This document shows, one piece after another, positions 25,855 through 40,275 of a stretch of DNA of 64,000 nucleotides. Origin of the DNA: Kudoa neothunni (lineage: Eukaryota > Animalia > Cnidaria). The position numbers and the translations under genes are program-made. The number at the start of each line of letters is the position of its first letter. Position 1 is the stretch's first letter. Location of the stretch: positions 16,971,469-17,035,468 of the forward strand of contig OZ199838.1 in NCBI GenBank assembly GCA_964304625.1. Reading direction: 5' to 3'. The notes under the pieces are model-generated. The model was not told where the DNA came from, did not search any database, and saw only the letters and a list, made by a program, of their open reading frames with translations.

Positions 25855-27687
25855 CAGCAGGCATCCGATTTTGCACACTTTTCTCAATCATCTTTTGACT
25901 GAATTTTTGTTTGACATCAATTAAATAATAAAGATGTCCATAACTCGTATTAAAATTGTTAGAAATGTAGAAGAGAAATATAATATAATATTTTGAAAGT
26001 TTACCCTATTTTTAACGCTAAGATAGCGACAGTAAAACATTTCCAAATTTCGAATATCGCCACCCTAAATGGGATTCTTCGTAAGAAATTAGAAATAATT
26101 TCCATCGTTAGAGAAGGATTTGCATCGACTAAAAGAAAAAAACATTCATAATGGATCAAACATTGATTCATTACGAAGGTGTTTATGATTGGATATGTTT
26201 GATTAGGGGGAACAAATAGAACCGTCGCCCCTGATATCGTAAATAAAAGAATTGAGCTTTCTGTAGAAAATAAGAAACCAGAACATGTGACAATTGGTTG
26301 GTTTAAGAGCTTTAAAAAGCGATTTAATCTAAGAAAAATTAATATCCATGTCGAATTCGCAGATATAGATTCTGTGGTTGTGAAGAATGGATTCCACAAC
26401 TTAAAGTCATGTTAAAATTATAGCTCAGATTATATATATATATATATATAGTATCGACGAATCTGCATTATTCTACTAGCAACAGAGAGATATATGCAGT
26501 TTTTAACGTTTTGATTTATTTTATCGATAAAAGTTTTGTAGTTTCATCAGAAAGAAATATAAAGAGGACAAAACAATCGATGAATCGAGTAACTATTTTA
26601 TTAGGTCTCTCAATGAGTGGTGGAATACTCGAATCACTAATAATCGACAAACACAAAATCTCTCGTTGTTTTAAGAATATTAAAAAACTTCCTGTGTCAT
26701 ATGATAAAAATAATAAATGTTGGATGAATAATGATGGATTCTTAAGATATATAACCTAGCTTAATTAATTATTTGCAAAAAGGAATACACAGGCGTTATT
26801 GTTCCTTTATAATGCATCATGTTTCTGTAGAAAAAATTTGAGCAACATAAAAATGGGGTTTCTCCGCCAAAAACTACGAGTGTTTTGCAACCTCTTGATC
26901 AGTGGATAATATATTCGTTTAAATATGCCTACGAAATAGCTATGCTTAAACGATATATTGCTCGTGTTGAAACAGGTATTGATCCCATCCCTCCGAACAT
27001 ATTAGAGGCAATGTTACTTATAGGAGACGCTTGGAATATGGTTTCTCCATAAACAATTAGAAATTGTTTAAAAAAATATTTTCCTATTGATAAATTGTCT
27101 TCTATACTACTAAGCGATGATTTAATAATAAAACATGCATCTAATAGAGAAATGAGTGATATTATATGCCCAGAGGAAATTAATAATGAAATAAAGGGGA
27201 TAATTCAAGAGGGATATGAAATTTGTTGTTTTTATGATGGCTATTCTACATTAGATTTAGATAGTAGAGATAATTTAGTGGATTCGGTTAAGGATGGTGA
27301 TGGATCTGGTGAGGAAGTGCTTGAAGGTAAATCTGAGGATACCCCTGTTCTGAATTTCAAAGAGGTTATTGATTCCATCAGCGAAATTAAAAAATCCTTT
27401 CTGAAAAACGATGTTGATCGATTAAGAATTCTTTCAAATCTTGGGAACGACGTATACGATATCATGTGGAAAAATATTAAACAATCGAAAATAACAGATT
27501 TTTTCAAATGTTAGAATATAAATATTGTCCATTTTACTATATTGCGTTTTATCTTTATATAAATATATTTTCTCAGTGATTAAGAGTTAAAATTTTACTT
27601 TTAATTGTTAAAAATATAATATTAAAATATGATGTGTGTGCGCCTTTCACGGTCCTGGAGGGATTGTGTAAAATCGATTGCCTACTG
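25855..27687 (+). mobile_element. Decayed full-length pogo/Tigger element
   Basis: TIRs CAGCAGGCATCCGATTTTGCACA and (rc) CAGTAGGCAATCGATTTTACACA, flanks TA/TG. Transposase motifs GWFKSFKKR, RVTILL, LQPLDQ, QSKITDFF, with stops. Confidence 0.88.
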
Positions 27688-28478
27688 TGTTTATATCTCT
27701 CTTAGATCTAAGGAGTAAAAAATCAAATAAATAAATTTATTATTATGAATTTCTCGAAAAAGTTATTCTCAACTAAAAAATGACAGATTTCTAAATGTTA
27801 ATTATTTTACCTAATATATAAAAAGTGTAAATAACACATATTATTAAATGGAATAAAATTATGATGCGCGTCAGAATGATACATATTTTTTTAAATTAAA
27901 AATGGCTTATATTTTGAAATCTCGCTATGAAGTAATCTGGATTGGCTGAAACATCCGATTATAGATAAATATGCAATTCTCCGAACAATCTTTAAAGCAT
28001 AGATTCCCAACCTTTATTCTATCGCGTCCTACTTTTTTTTGAAAACAATTCCGTACTCCACCTTTTTAAAATTATTGATTTTTTTTAATTAAAACTGTTT
28101 ATGAGTCTGAATAAAGCTCCGTATCATGTGAAAATCCGAAAGCAGTTCATATATACTTCTCATTAAAATTAAAATGTATTCGATCAGATCTAACTTAATT
28201 TTTCGATAGACCTTTAAAATTAATATCTTTGGTTCCTCAGTCCATCAAAAACAGCATCAAGTGGAACTCGTAGTAATCCAACCTTCATTAGAAAAGACTT
28301 TAGTGTATACGGGGTTGATGAACCGAAAATCAACAATTTAAATACAGAATTAATCGATATTATATTAGGTTTAATCAAAATAATGGGGGTGTATGATTTG
28401 AAATGAGATAATATTGCGATTAGAAGCATTCAGAATCTATTAGGATGGAGGGCATGTTAAATTTATTATAATTTTATA

Positions 28479-28560
28479 CAGTCGGATCTAGATATAAAGT
28501 GATTCGATATTGCGTCATTTTTCGCGGTCACAAAAATTACGCAATATCCAATCTCGACTG
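28479..28560. mobile_element. 82-bp Tigger-derived miniature inverted-repeat element
   Basis: TA|CAGTCG...CGACTG|TA, with internal hairpin GATATTGCGTCATTTTT...AAAAATTACGCAATATC. TIR resembles those at 9946 and 40276. Confidence 0.75.
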
Positions 28561-28879
28561 TACGCATTTGGTTGAGCATTAATTGATTCATACAAATTTT
28601 CCTGAGCGCTAGAACATTCAAATGTCCGCACACGCGCGGTCAAAGTTCAACAATGTTTTCTCGTTAATTATTCAAAAATTACTCTACAACAAATCTTCTC
28701 ATTACACGGGAATAATCAACTATTATTTTCCAATAATTTTGTTGAAAAAAACCTAGGACGTATTTACACCCCAATTTTATTCGGAAGGTGTAAACTTTCA
28801 TGTGACTTAGAGGGTTAATGGAAGAAATGTGACACGGTTTCTTTTTTTTATTTGAATAAAAAATATTCGAGTTTTTACT

Positions 28880-29480
28880 ATTAATTCCACCAAAAAACCA
28901 CTGCTCCTCTATCCTCCAACCACGATTATATTTTCTTTTGCGGAATTTTGATTAATCGAAGCCAACAACCTCTCCAGATCCTTATGACTTATTACATATG
29001 ATTGAAATACATGGTTACCTCCTATCAGTTGAGAATCAAATAGTTGATTTTCTCCGTAACGGGATCTAAATTCCATTTTCCAATCCACAAGGGTTGAGAT
29101 GGATCCTATCCGTAAATCCGATTGGATATATGCATTTTTGCACTTATACAACCAGTAGTAAATCATTAAGGGTATTGTCTACCTTGAAGAATTAAAATGT
29201 TTATTAACAAGAGTTTCATTCTTTACTTTATGTTTGAAAATTGAAACAGGGAATTTGATCTTACGGAAATGAATTTTCTATATTTTTTGTGGTTCCTTCT
29301 TCATGCAACCTTGATGAATTTCAGTTTTGACTCCTTAACAAATTTACTCGCCCTAGCAGTACGTTTTGTGTAAATGCCACTTCTGTTTTTTGTTAGGTCA
29401 AACTCCATCAGAAATTTTCTTTATCTGAATAAATTTTGTATATTTTGCTTGTATTGAACAACTTCTTCATATTTGCGCCA
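28880..29480 (-). mobile_element. Merlin transposase N-terminal remnant
   Basis: MIYYWL...ISTLVDWKMEFR...LIGG resembles the Merlin HTH region just upstream of the VEIDE motif. Confidence 0.5.
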
Positions 29481-32400
29481 TTACAACTTGTTTCATAGTA
29501 ATAACGCAACGTCGTTATCCTCAATAGAATAGCAATTCAACAGTCTTTTATATTTACGACATAAGGGTTTGATATTCTCTGTTTTATGACTTTGTGCTGT
29601 TATTTCTTTAAAATTAAATAATCTTTTGTTGAATCCTTTGAAATACACACCATTTTTGTATGTTACATTTATTTTAATATAACAATTTTATTTATGTATT
29701 ACAAACTGCGCTAAAAAATAAATAACAATGTTTATACGAAAGAAACTCATCACAAATTTAATGTTAATTAACCCTCCGTGGCACACATGGAGTCCATTGG
29801 ACCCCACGAAGAAAAATTAGATGTAAATTGTCACATACATTATTTTAATTGAATGTTTTAAAACAGTTGTCGCATATAACGTTAGAGTGTTCCTTGCAAA
29901 CCTGATTTTTGCAACTGTGACACTCTGTTCGGGTTTTTTATCGTTTTGGCGAGAACACAAATGGCAACTTTTTTGGCGATGAGATTGTTGGATTCTTGAG
30001 AAAAATTGATTTTTGGTGGTTCTGTAAAGTTTTAAATAAAATAAATTATGTTTAATCCACCGCCAATCTTTGCCTCCGGCAAACCTGACAGGCGCGTGCG
30101 CACTAGAGTTTCTTTTTATTTAGTCTTTTTGTAGGTTTAAATTATAGTTATGCAATAATAACTACGTATATCAATCAATTGTATTATAGATATTCTTATT
30201 TTTAAAATATAATTGGTGTATTATAATAGATCAGTTGGCACGTATGCATACCTTTTCTTTTCTCAATGAAATGCGTTGCTATTTGCTTTTGTGTGTTTTC
30301 AATATAAAATAAAATTCATAATCCTATTGTATAATTAGTATTTAAATCGGATATCACGTTAATGCTTAAAAACTGATGGAAAGTATGTAAATATTGTCAC
30401 TTATTTTTGGTGGCATATAAACACTGATGGCTAAAACTATCGCTTATAAGCCGGCATCATTTAGTTCTTTTATATAATATTTAAATCCAACTTACTCACC
30501 ATAATAGAAACATAAACATTAAAAATCGATCTTATAAAGTTTTTAGTTTTATTTTTTGGCATTTAGTATTATATATATGAGAGGGTGAATTTAATTTTAC
30601 CCTGAGTCTTAAGATTTAATAATAATATACGAAAGATGTTAAGGAATAAAAGTTATATACAATATATATTGTATATTTAATATGATGTAAGCATTAACAA
30701 ATGATTAACGATAATAAATAATATGATTAGAATAAAATAAAATCAATACCACAATTTTTCGATCTATTCTGTTTGCACCTAATAAAAATACGATAGTAAC
30801 ATACATGCATTTTTGGAATGTTTCCTATATTTCTTATGTTATTATTTAAGTTTATATAAACCGTATCAAGTACAATTAATAAGTAAAATTCCTCTGCATG
30901 TAACAATGTTATAATTTGTTAATTATTTCTAATCATTAAACTGCAGTTTGAATTCAACATTTACCAGCGATGAGATTTATTAAATTTTATGGGGTACAAT
31001 TTTTGAATAAATTCTTGACTATCCCCCCATAAAGTGAATTATATGGGTTAGAACAGTATGTAACCGAGTTCCTGTTATACCTTTGTCCAAAAATACTTAA
31101 AATGCAACGCGGATCAATTTTTGTAATTTTATGAACGCTTTAAGAATATATAATGTGTGATACTTTTTTGAAATTTATATCCAACTATTTATTAAAAAAT
31201 TACGTTTTTTAACTTTATTAAACATTTGAAATGTAATATTTGTGATTGTATCTAATAAATTCATTATTTTATTTAAAAAGACAGTATCAATCTCTAGGGC
31301 GGATTTATAACCTGTTTAACCATTGAATATGCCATCTTCCATCAACTCATCGTCTTTAATTTCTGTCAACAATTTATTAAATGGAGTTAATATATTAATC
31401 CCCGGCACAAATTTAAATTAATGGAAACTACTTAACTTAGTTATTACCAAATCCTGTTGAATAATTTAGAAATTTTCAAAGAAAAATTCATTATTTCTTA
31501 AACTTATATTTTTTCTAATTTAATCAACTATATTAACACATTCTTTAGAAGCTAAATATTTTCATCATTTGAGTCAAAAAAGTTGCCTGATTACATATTA
31601 GTTATAAATTATTTATGTTACGGTTAACACCAAAAAATTGATAATGAATCAAATATTATTTGTTTTGAGTTAAAAAGATAAATCGAGATTTAAAACCTGG
31701 AAAAAAAAACATTTTTACGAATACGAATAAATTAAGTTTACAATTTGCTAACCTTACCACCATTTATATTTATGGGAATAGTCATTTTTTGATGAACCTT
31801 TTGGGAGATTATTTCTATTTTATAAAGGTAAGCCAATTTTATAAGATACAGTTATATCTTCTATCTTTCTCAATACAGCAGCCAAAAAAATGCATGGGAA
31901 TGGAAAATAAAGGAACTGAAGCAGAATCTACAATTCTGATCTGTAAATTTTAAAAAGGTCTATCATTCCATCGATAATTTTAATTTATATATTCGTTTCC
32001 ATTTCCTAACATATAGAATATATAAAAATATGCCAGATTAATTAATAAATATGTATGTATATGTGCGGAATTTTAAAATTGAATGTAATATATAGTTTAA
32101 AGACAAAAATTGAGTTTTTTGGGTAATTATAAATTTATTTGTTTGACATGTAATTAATTTTGATCATGCTTAAGGTATTTATATTAACCCTACAAATACT
32201 TAAAATAATATCTATGTGTATGTGTAGTTGTTTGTAAAATTCAATTTGTAGATAGATGATTAAAGTATTATCCTGAAATAAAACACAGGAAACTAATATA
32301 ATCGCCATATAAAAAATTTATTAACTAAAATAAAATTATTTCATTGCAACTACAAGAATACAGATTTATATACGTACGCTAAAAGTAAAAAACCCCTAAT

Positions 32401-33117
32401 ATAAACCCATGGGTGGCTAAAGGCGCATGCGATATTAACGAATTCGTCAAAGATAAGATGTTTTGTATGTAATAGGTAAGATAGTTAGTTAAAAACATTC
32501 TTATCCTTTCTTAAACATCATAACTATAGTAATTTATAAATATCTTTCATATTATATTATTCCATTTTGTAAGAACTTAAATAATTAAATAATAGGTCGG
32601 TGAAAACATTTGGAATTATAAAATAATTAATATTGGAAATAAACGCTGTTATATTCTTAATAAATAAAAAATTGATTAAATTTAAAAAAAAACAAGAGTA
32701 ACTAGGTAAGAATAAATTGTTGTCACAAGATTGGCGAAAGGTCTGACAGGTATCCGGAAAATCTAAATGTAATTAAAAGTTGCTATAAAAATACCTGCGG
32801 TTATTGGTTATTTCTATGACGAATTCTTGTTCTGAAAATCTAAATGTAGTATTAATTGATGCGAAGGCGGAGAAAATATTTTTACAGAGAAAATGCAATA
32901 CTTATGCTAAAAAGGAAGGAAAATTTGTTAAACGGAAAGGTTTGAATTTATGTTCGAAAAATATATATTGAGTGATAACGAGAATTAAAAAATAATCTAA
33001 GGGAGAAAAAATGATGCTTTTCAAGTGATCTGCGAATACATGGAAATGACACATATGATCACACATTTTTCAATATCGATAACCTGGAACTTCTATTTAA
33101 TAGCAATTTTTTCCTGT

Positions 33118-33210
33118 ACTCATTATCACTCATTATCACTCATTATCACTCATTATCACTCATCATCACTCATCATCACTCATCATCACTCATCATCACT
33201 CATCATTATC
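33118..33210. repeat. 10-bp tandem repeat (CATTATCACT)4(CATCATCACT)4
   Basis: Directly visible in the sequence. Confidence 0.95.
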
Positions 33211-33289
33211 AGCGACAGCATACGAATTAGAAAAACTAAGATATTATAAAGCGAAATGCAGGTAGGGGAAATTGGGGTTACTCTATATA

Positions 33290-34687
33290 CCAGTTATATT
33301 CTTTGGAAATAGCCTGAACGAAGAATGTATCGTAATATCGATGGTAACTCTCACATAAAGCTTTCAACTTATCCATTTTTAATTTAACATCTTTACTCCG
33401 AGGATCATTATTAGGATTGCATAAATAAAACATGGCTTCTTGTTCAACTGAGCTTTGTCGCTCGTAAATTTTTAATAAAAGTTAGTAGACCTGAATGTGC
33501 TTGATCAAACCTAGCATAAAAATGTCGATGGAAACTTTCTGCATTATTGGAGGTTAGAGGTATGTCATTAAGGGTTCGAGAATGAGCGTTCCATGATTCA
33601 ACAGTGTATTTGTTACTATTAATGAAGTTCTTCTCAAAATAACTTAGGAATAGATTCAAATTCTTTATTTCAATTTTCTTGGCTTGTAGAAGTAATTTTT
33701 CAAATTCTATCTTCACGCAATCTTTCGGCACAAAGGCTAACGAAGTAACGCACTTGACAAAAAGTTTAAACTCAATATCTTCCTGATAAAACTTTGATAG
33801 ACCCAATTTATGCAATCTTCGATTAACGCATTGGCCAAGATGGGACAAGCAGAAGAACACATTATGTTTTGTTTCTTTTTTAAATGCATTATACGCGGCA
33901 ACCTCAAAATCTATGATAATGTTGGGAAGTTCCAGGTTTCCTTTCTCTCTTATAATTTGAATAATACGGTCATAGCTGCTCTCCGACCTATCTGTCATTA
34001 AAATAAACACCAACGGTAATATTTTGTTAAAAACGTGACCATGAATGGTGTACATTTGGGAGAACGTTCCGTCGCAAACCCAGAATTTGGAATGTTTCAG
34101 GTGCGAAAGATTTTCTTCTGTTGTAAAAATAATAATTCTATTGCTATCCTCGGATCCAGAATCGTATATACAAAAATTTTTGTTCCTTAAGGTCACTATC
34201 GATCCGCAAAGATTTGTCTCAGGATTTACATCAATACTCTTTCGTTTTCGTATATCTCGAATCACCTGATAAACGGACTTTTTTGGAATATTTGGACATC
34301 TTCTTGATTAGTTGCAATATCATACACTTTATTAGTTGGATATACAGTATTTTCTGCGATATGCTTGATTTTATCCTTGAAAAATTGTTTGTTTTTTTTC
34401 TTCCTCGGATACTAAGTGACTATGAAAACCTAGCGTATCCAACCTCTCTATCTGTTCTGTCAGAAATGTTCTTAACCTACCTTTACATCCTCGTTTTTGA
34501 CACCTCCAATACTGACAAACTTTTGTTTTATAATCTTTATTATAAAAACCCATTATAAAAAATATCTTTTTTCGTCTTGGTAATAATAAAATCAGCACTA
34601 ATTTCTTGGTTCATGATTTTATACGCGCGCCGATGATTATATACGAGAAAACGCGCATGCGCGACTCCGGCAAAACTTGGGCGTCCC
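33290..34687 (-). mobile_element. Decayed MULE element with FLYWCH-like domain
   Basis: YWRCQKRGCKGRL (FLYWCH-like), WVCDGTF, QMYTIHG, IDFE.AAYNA, CLSHLGQC, TSNNAESFH. GC-rich terminus ending GGGCGTCCC at 34687. Confidence 0.88.
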
Positions 34688-36355
34688 TAAGTTGTTGGCA
34701 AGTAAACTATATCGTACGATGGCATCCTTATTATCCACAGAGTCAATCTTATTTTTGACTGTACGCATCGAGACATTCCACACTCAACCCTGCTTTCGAT
34801 TAGACTGTTCACATGGACGGACAATATGTATGCACAATTCATCGAATCATTCATCGCTACGACGAACTAGGCGAATACCAGAGAGTAGAGTTGTGGAAAC
34901 AACAATATGGCCTGAGTGTGATTTAGAATCACAGTGAATGCATATTTCAAATCGAAATCCACTTGCTTCTATTTCTTCTCAGGAGTCACACCAACACTCA
35001 CAACGTAATTGCCGACGAGCAAAGAGAACGAAGACGAGAAGAAAATAGAGTAAGAAATAGAAATCGACGTGTATGTGAGACGACTCAACAGAGTCCTGCA
35101 GTGTCACCTATAAATGAACACAACACAGGATCAGACAGTAAATTTGTACCTGAACCTTATTACACTCCTGTTCTATTAGGTCAACAAACGCGAAGTATGC
35201 CTGATGATACTTGGAATATGGTCGCTTTGCATTACGAACGTTGCTACAACATGAAAATGAAACGAATATTACAATTTGGAAAATGTCGAAAATTTGTCCA
35301 AAATGCCGCGCTAAGAAGTGGATAAACGAATTTTCGGGTATGTGTTGTTCCGGCGGTAATGTTATTTTGGACACACTACCTGATTCATCTCATTTTCTAT
35401 GAAGACTCCGGAATTTCAAGACACTTTCTACAAAATATCCGAAAATACAACTTCACTTTCCAGATGACATCTTTTGGAGCGAACGTAATTTGTAGGAACA
35501 GATTCATGCCTACTTTACTTTTAAGGTTCACGGTCGAATGTGTCATCGAATTGAATCGCTATTGACTTCTGAAAATGAGGAACGAAATTCTTGCGATTAT
35601 ATTTCGTACAAAACATGTATTTTCAAGCTCAAAATCGATCCAATATGTATCTCTAGCATAGGCATAATATTATTTTAGCGCTTCAAGATATGTATGTTAC
35701 ACAGACACACTAGCTACATCCACAGTTTTAGGCATGACTTAGAAATGCACCCGTCTTCTGATTTTGATATAATTATAAACTCTGATAAGCTTCCACAGGG
35801 AGAAAATGAGAGAAAATACAACTCTCCAACTTGAAATGAGGTGGCCATCGCAATGACGGATGAGCAGCATTGACGAAGGATATTGTTTTGAGGAGTACAA
35901 ACAACAAACTTCAGAGGATAAGCGAAACACACAGATCGCATTATGTATTGCAATATCCATTAACTAATGTCTATGGTCAAGATGATTACCATTTTTGTAT
36001 TTCACAAATTGACGCAAACAAAAGTGTTTCATGTCAGAATTTTTATTCTCTCCATTTTATGGAAACGGAAAAGAATTTTAACACGCATCATCACTTTAGG
36101 ACATTATTCCAACAATATGCTGTAGATATGTTTGTGAAGAGGGAATCAGAGAGACTTTGTTTTATCAGAGCGAAACAAGATGAACTTCGTATTGAATCTT
36201 ACATCAATTTAATTGATAGCATTAGTAGCAACGGTGAAATAAATGGGCGGGGACGGTTGTATACTTTGCCATCGACTTTCGCTTTCGTAGGTTCACCACG
36301 CTATATAAACGAGAGGATGCAGCTTGCCATGACCTACGTTTGATGTTTTGGAGGA
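34688..36355 (+). mobile_element. Truncated Helitron copy 1 (N-terminal part of RepHel)
   Basis: CPKCRAKKW...CCSGG zinc motif, FLQNIRKYN, LQYPL, LFQQYAVDMF, LPSTF..GSPRY. Inverted homologue of 53600-55160 and 60654-60733. Confidence 0.9.
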
Positions 36356-36519
36356 TAACATTCGAGTGCAATCCATTTTATGTTATTTTGGTAGATTAAT
36401 ACAGGAGATTAACAAACCATTAGCTGGGGCGCAATTATTATTGTTGTTGTTATTGTTGCTTTGTGGTGTCTCTCCCTTACGTTCACAATATCAAGTGCTT
36501 TAATATCACCAAGTTAAAC

Positions 36520-37430
36520 ATAGCACCGATTACAAGAACCATTTGAAAGAAAAGTCTGCAGATCAGTTTGAATTAAAAGAAATATTTTATCTGGGAGTGA
36601 AATATGGATGACTGTATCAAAGTATTGATGTGTATGAGGTATGGAGTGGAAGGATGGCTATACCAAGTTATATTGAAATGATTTATTTGCCACATTGTTG
36701 ATTAATTGAAGTAAATGAATTTCCGTTAAAGACTTTAGCTGATTTACAGGGCAAATTCGTTTCGAAATTAACAACGGCACATGTGATCGCACCTGACTTT
36801 TATCCTAACTATAAAAAGTTTGAATGTTTAAAGTGGATTACACATAATGATGAAGTTAATAATGCAGTTATATGTATATTTTCGACAAATTTTGATTTTT
36901 TCAAAATAAAACGTTAAAATGTACAAGATAATAAATCCTTCTTTGATTCCATTCTAAGTTAACCTATATTTTGTCGAAAAATAAGACTCGTGGATACTAT
37001 TGACACTTTGTTGCTCTCGTCGAACATCACTGGTCATCACTGGTGTAGGGCAGAAATACGAAATTATTTTAACGAATCCGTTTAAAAAATATATGATGAT
37101 TCTCTAATTTATTGGGCTCATTCTAGCCATTCTAACATCAAACATCTTGTGAGTTCGATTTGTTTTATCCCAGTAAATTCTGCGGATTGTAAGACATGCC
37201 TCAAGGGCTGGATTAATGTCACAAAAGATCCGTTATCATTTAAAGGCATGTCGTTTTGAAAGTCTGTTCTTCTCAGAAATTATGATTCCTCTAAATCATT
37301 ATAATAGTTGTTGAATCAGATTAAACGTTCGGAGGTTTTTTAAAGGCATTGCGTAAACCCGGCTGTTTCAATATGGAGTATCTAGGGTGGGACGCGGACA
37401 AATTTTATTGAACGTTATACCACCCTGATT
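36520..37430 (+). mobile_element. hAT transposase C-terminal remnant
   Basis: LIYWAHSSHSNIKHLVSSICFIPVNSADC resembles the hAT dimerisation domain (IPATSA.CER). Short inverted TAGGGTGG...CCACCCTG near 37383-37427. Confidence 0.45.
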
Positions 37431-37439
37431 AATATGCAA

Positions 37440-38900
37440 TTAGGAAATCTGAGAAAGTATCGATAATTGGATGATAAAGTTAAAATAATAAACTATGATG
37501 ATATAAAAAATTTCGGTAGCTTGAATGCTAAACCCGTTGAGATATTTGAATTTAAATCGGAATCTTCCTTGAACAGCATAATATTAAAAAATAGCAGTAT
37601 TCTGGAAGATTATAACAATGGGGACCTATATCACAACAGAGAAACCTTAAGAAAAAATAATTTCAACATTTTAGATTCTAAGGTTAAAGATTGGATTGAG
37701 CTAACCAGATCACGTAATATCGAACTCTCTCAGGATGATATAATTAAAAAGTCTACGATTACTCATATAATGTTAAAACACAATTCTTAAAGTTGATAGA
37801 GGGTGGTACATGTTGGTTCTAAGGATTTTCTTCGAGAGTTGGGTGGAAAGTAACAAATTCATACGTAAATCCAAGAATGTTGTTCCTAAAATAATATCCG
37901 CTTGGAAAGATCAACTGTTAAAGTTGATTGGAAATTATGATCCAAAAGATATTTTTAGTTGGATGAAGCTGGAATATTTTACCAGCAAAAGATAGTTAAA
38001 ATATCATTTAAATTTATATCTCCATATGAAATTTAATATATGGTTATGCATTTGAAATGGAGGAAAACTTGCACGGTTCTAGAAAATCTAGAGAGAGTAA
38101 CAATTGTTGCGATCTACTCGATGTCAGAAAAAAGACTCATTAATAATTCGCAATCGTGAAACACCTTGATGCTTCCGTGAAATAAACGACCTCACACCTC
38201 CCTATTAAACTAACGTGAAGACTTTATTTTTTCAAAATATCTGATGGTATTATTGAAGCTAAAACTTCTCAATGTAAGGTAGGAATCATATGATCTGGTA
38301 AAAATTTCAAATCTTGAACTCTGGAATCCCCCACAAGGAACAACCAGCGTATTGCAACAATCAGATCAAGGAATTATTTAAGATTGTTAATACATTTACA
38401 AAAATCATCTGACGAGTTATTTGATCAATAAAGTTACTGTTAATATTATTAATATTTTTGATAACAATTCAAATAATGATCCTTCAGATTTACTTGAACA
38501 TATGTACACGATGAAAGTAATGTGGAAATTAGTGAGTGAAGAAACAATCGAAAACTATTTTAATAAATAATTCTTGTTAATAATTGTGGGTCAGGAGGTA
38601 TTATCATTTCGACTGGAAGAAAATCCCTAGAAAAATCAAATTGAATGTGGGGTTAACATAGAAGAAACTATTTCATTTGAAGATCCAGAAGATAAATATG
38701 TTAACTCAATAAATAATGAAGTCGACGCAATGAATGTATCCTTTACTCATGAAAATTATTAAAAACCATGCATCGTTTTTTCCATTAATGAAGTTATTGA
38801 GCATTTTAATAAACTGAGAGAAAATATTTTTGCTTATGACTTACTTATGTTATAAAATAAAACAAAATGGGACTCTTTCGTCTTTAAAATAAGTCACGGT
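37440..38900 (+). mobile_element. Heavily decayed pogo/Tigger transposase
   Basis: ILDSKVKDWIELTRSRNIELS (CENP-B-like HTH), YDPKDIF, GTTSVLQQSDQGII. Confidence 0.7.
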
Positions 38901-39149
38901 TCGTAATGGAATGATTAAATAGCTGATTATTCTAAAAAATCTACATATTTTCGAATAATTATGATGTATTTATTCGATATTTGTTGTTTAACATTCAGCT
39001 TTGTCTGAATATCTACGAGTTATCATTAATATAAGAAAGAAAATGTAATTTTTGAATACAAAATACGATCGCACGCCATTATTATCCATCTGGCATAATG
39101 TTCGTGCGAGCATGGATACTGTGTGTACCGCAGGAATACAATTTTGGGG

Positions 39150-40030
39150 GTAGCTACCGAATATCGTTAGATCCGCGCGAATGATTTCCCCAAGATTTTT
39201 TAATAATTTTTGCTTGCAATGAGAATAACTCTATCTGTTATCTTATCAATATTTGTATCTTTAAAGCGCCACCTAACTGTGTAAAATGTAATGGAATTAG
39301 CCATTCTATACATCGAAAAAATTGGCGATGCTGCTCCAAAATATGCAGAACAGAAACATCCATTTTTGAGTAGATATTTTTCAGTAATATGAGAATTAAA
39401 CTTCATGATTTTTTGGAGTTGTCATATTACTGGTTGGTGAGCGTAAAAAACGTTAATTTGGACACTCTTATCAAACAATTAAGAAATATTGTCATTATCT
39501 TCGTCAGCTGGTAGCAGATAGAATACACTTTGAGGAAATAGTTATTAGAGAAGAAAATATAATTGTAGAGATTGATGAGTTAAAATTTGGCAATGTGGAG
39601 CATAACGAACGGCATGGGTTCTTGGAGGTGTAGGAAGGACATCTGAACGAAAGATATTTTTGGGGGAAATTCCTGACAAAACCGCCGACACTCTTAAACA
39701 AAACGTTAAAACTTTCGTTTACCTGGTTTGATTATTATAACAGACTGCTTCAAAAGTTATGGAATACTAAATAATTTCTTCACTCATCTCCCCGTAAATC
39801 ACAGTATAGAATATGTGGATAGTACCACAGAGGCTCATACAAATACCATCGACGGAACCTAGGATGCTATCAAATAGAAAATATCACCGAGGAACAGAAC
39901 ATCTTCGGTTAATGAAGATGTTTTTGTCAGTGTGGATGGATGGTATCAATCAATTTATTGGTGAATTTCAATCGGGATGAAAATTCAATCTCGGTTTATG
40001 GGATGGTTTTATATCCTCGATAAAACAACT
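39150..40030 (+). mobile_element. Decayed Merlin transposase
   Basis: IIVEIDELKFG, WVLGGV, IITDCFKSY, PVNHSIEYVD, AHTNTIDG. Confidence 0.8.
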
Positions 40031-40275
40031 TTAATTTACTACCATTTAGATTTGTATTTGCATGTTTTTCGTAGTTTTTTTCGATTGCGCTAATCTTATG
40101 TTAATTTAATGTTAGGGAGTTTATATCAAAGTTCAGCCTAATTTTTAATATAAACAAAAATTTCATCGTATTAAATGAGTGTTGTTAAAATGGTCATTAA
40201 TTAAGGCATTAACACCAGCTGTACCAACTATTATCCCCATAATTGATAAGTAATAATAATTTTACATTAGCAATA

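Noticed and set aside
22525-29800. piggyBac-like TTAA-CCCT / AGGG-TTAA ends (~22525, 23400, 28815, 29768)
   Set aside because: Could not pair the ends convincingly and found no piggyBac transposase, so they were left unannotated.
33025-33249. His/Ser-rich 74-aa ORF
   Set aside because: Artefact of the 10-bp tandem repeat.
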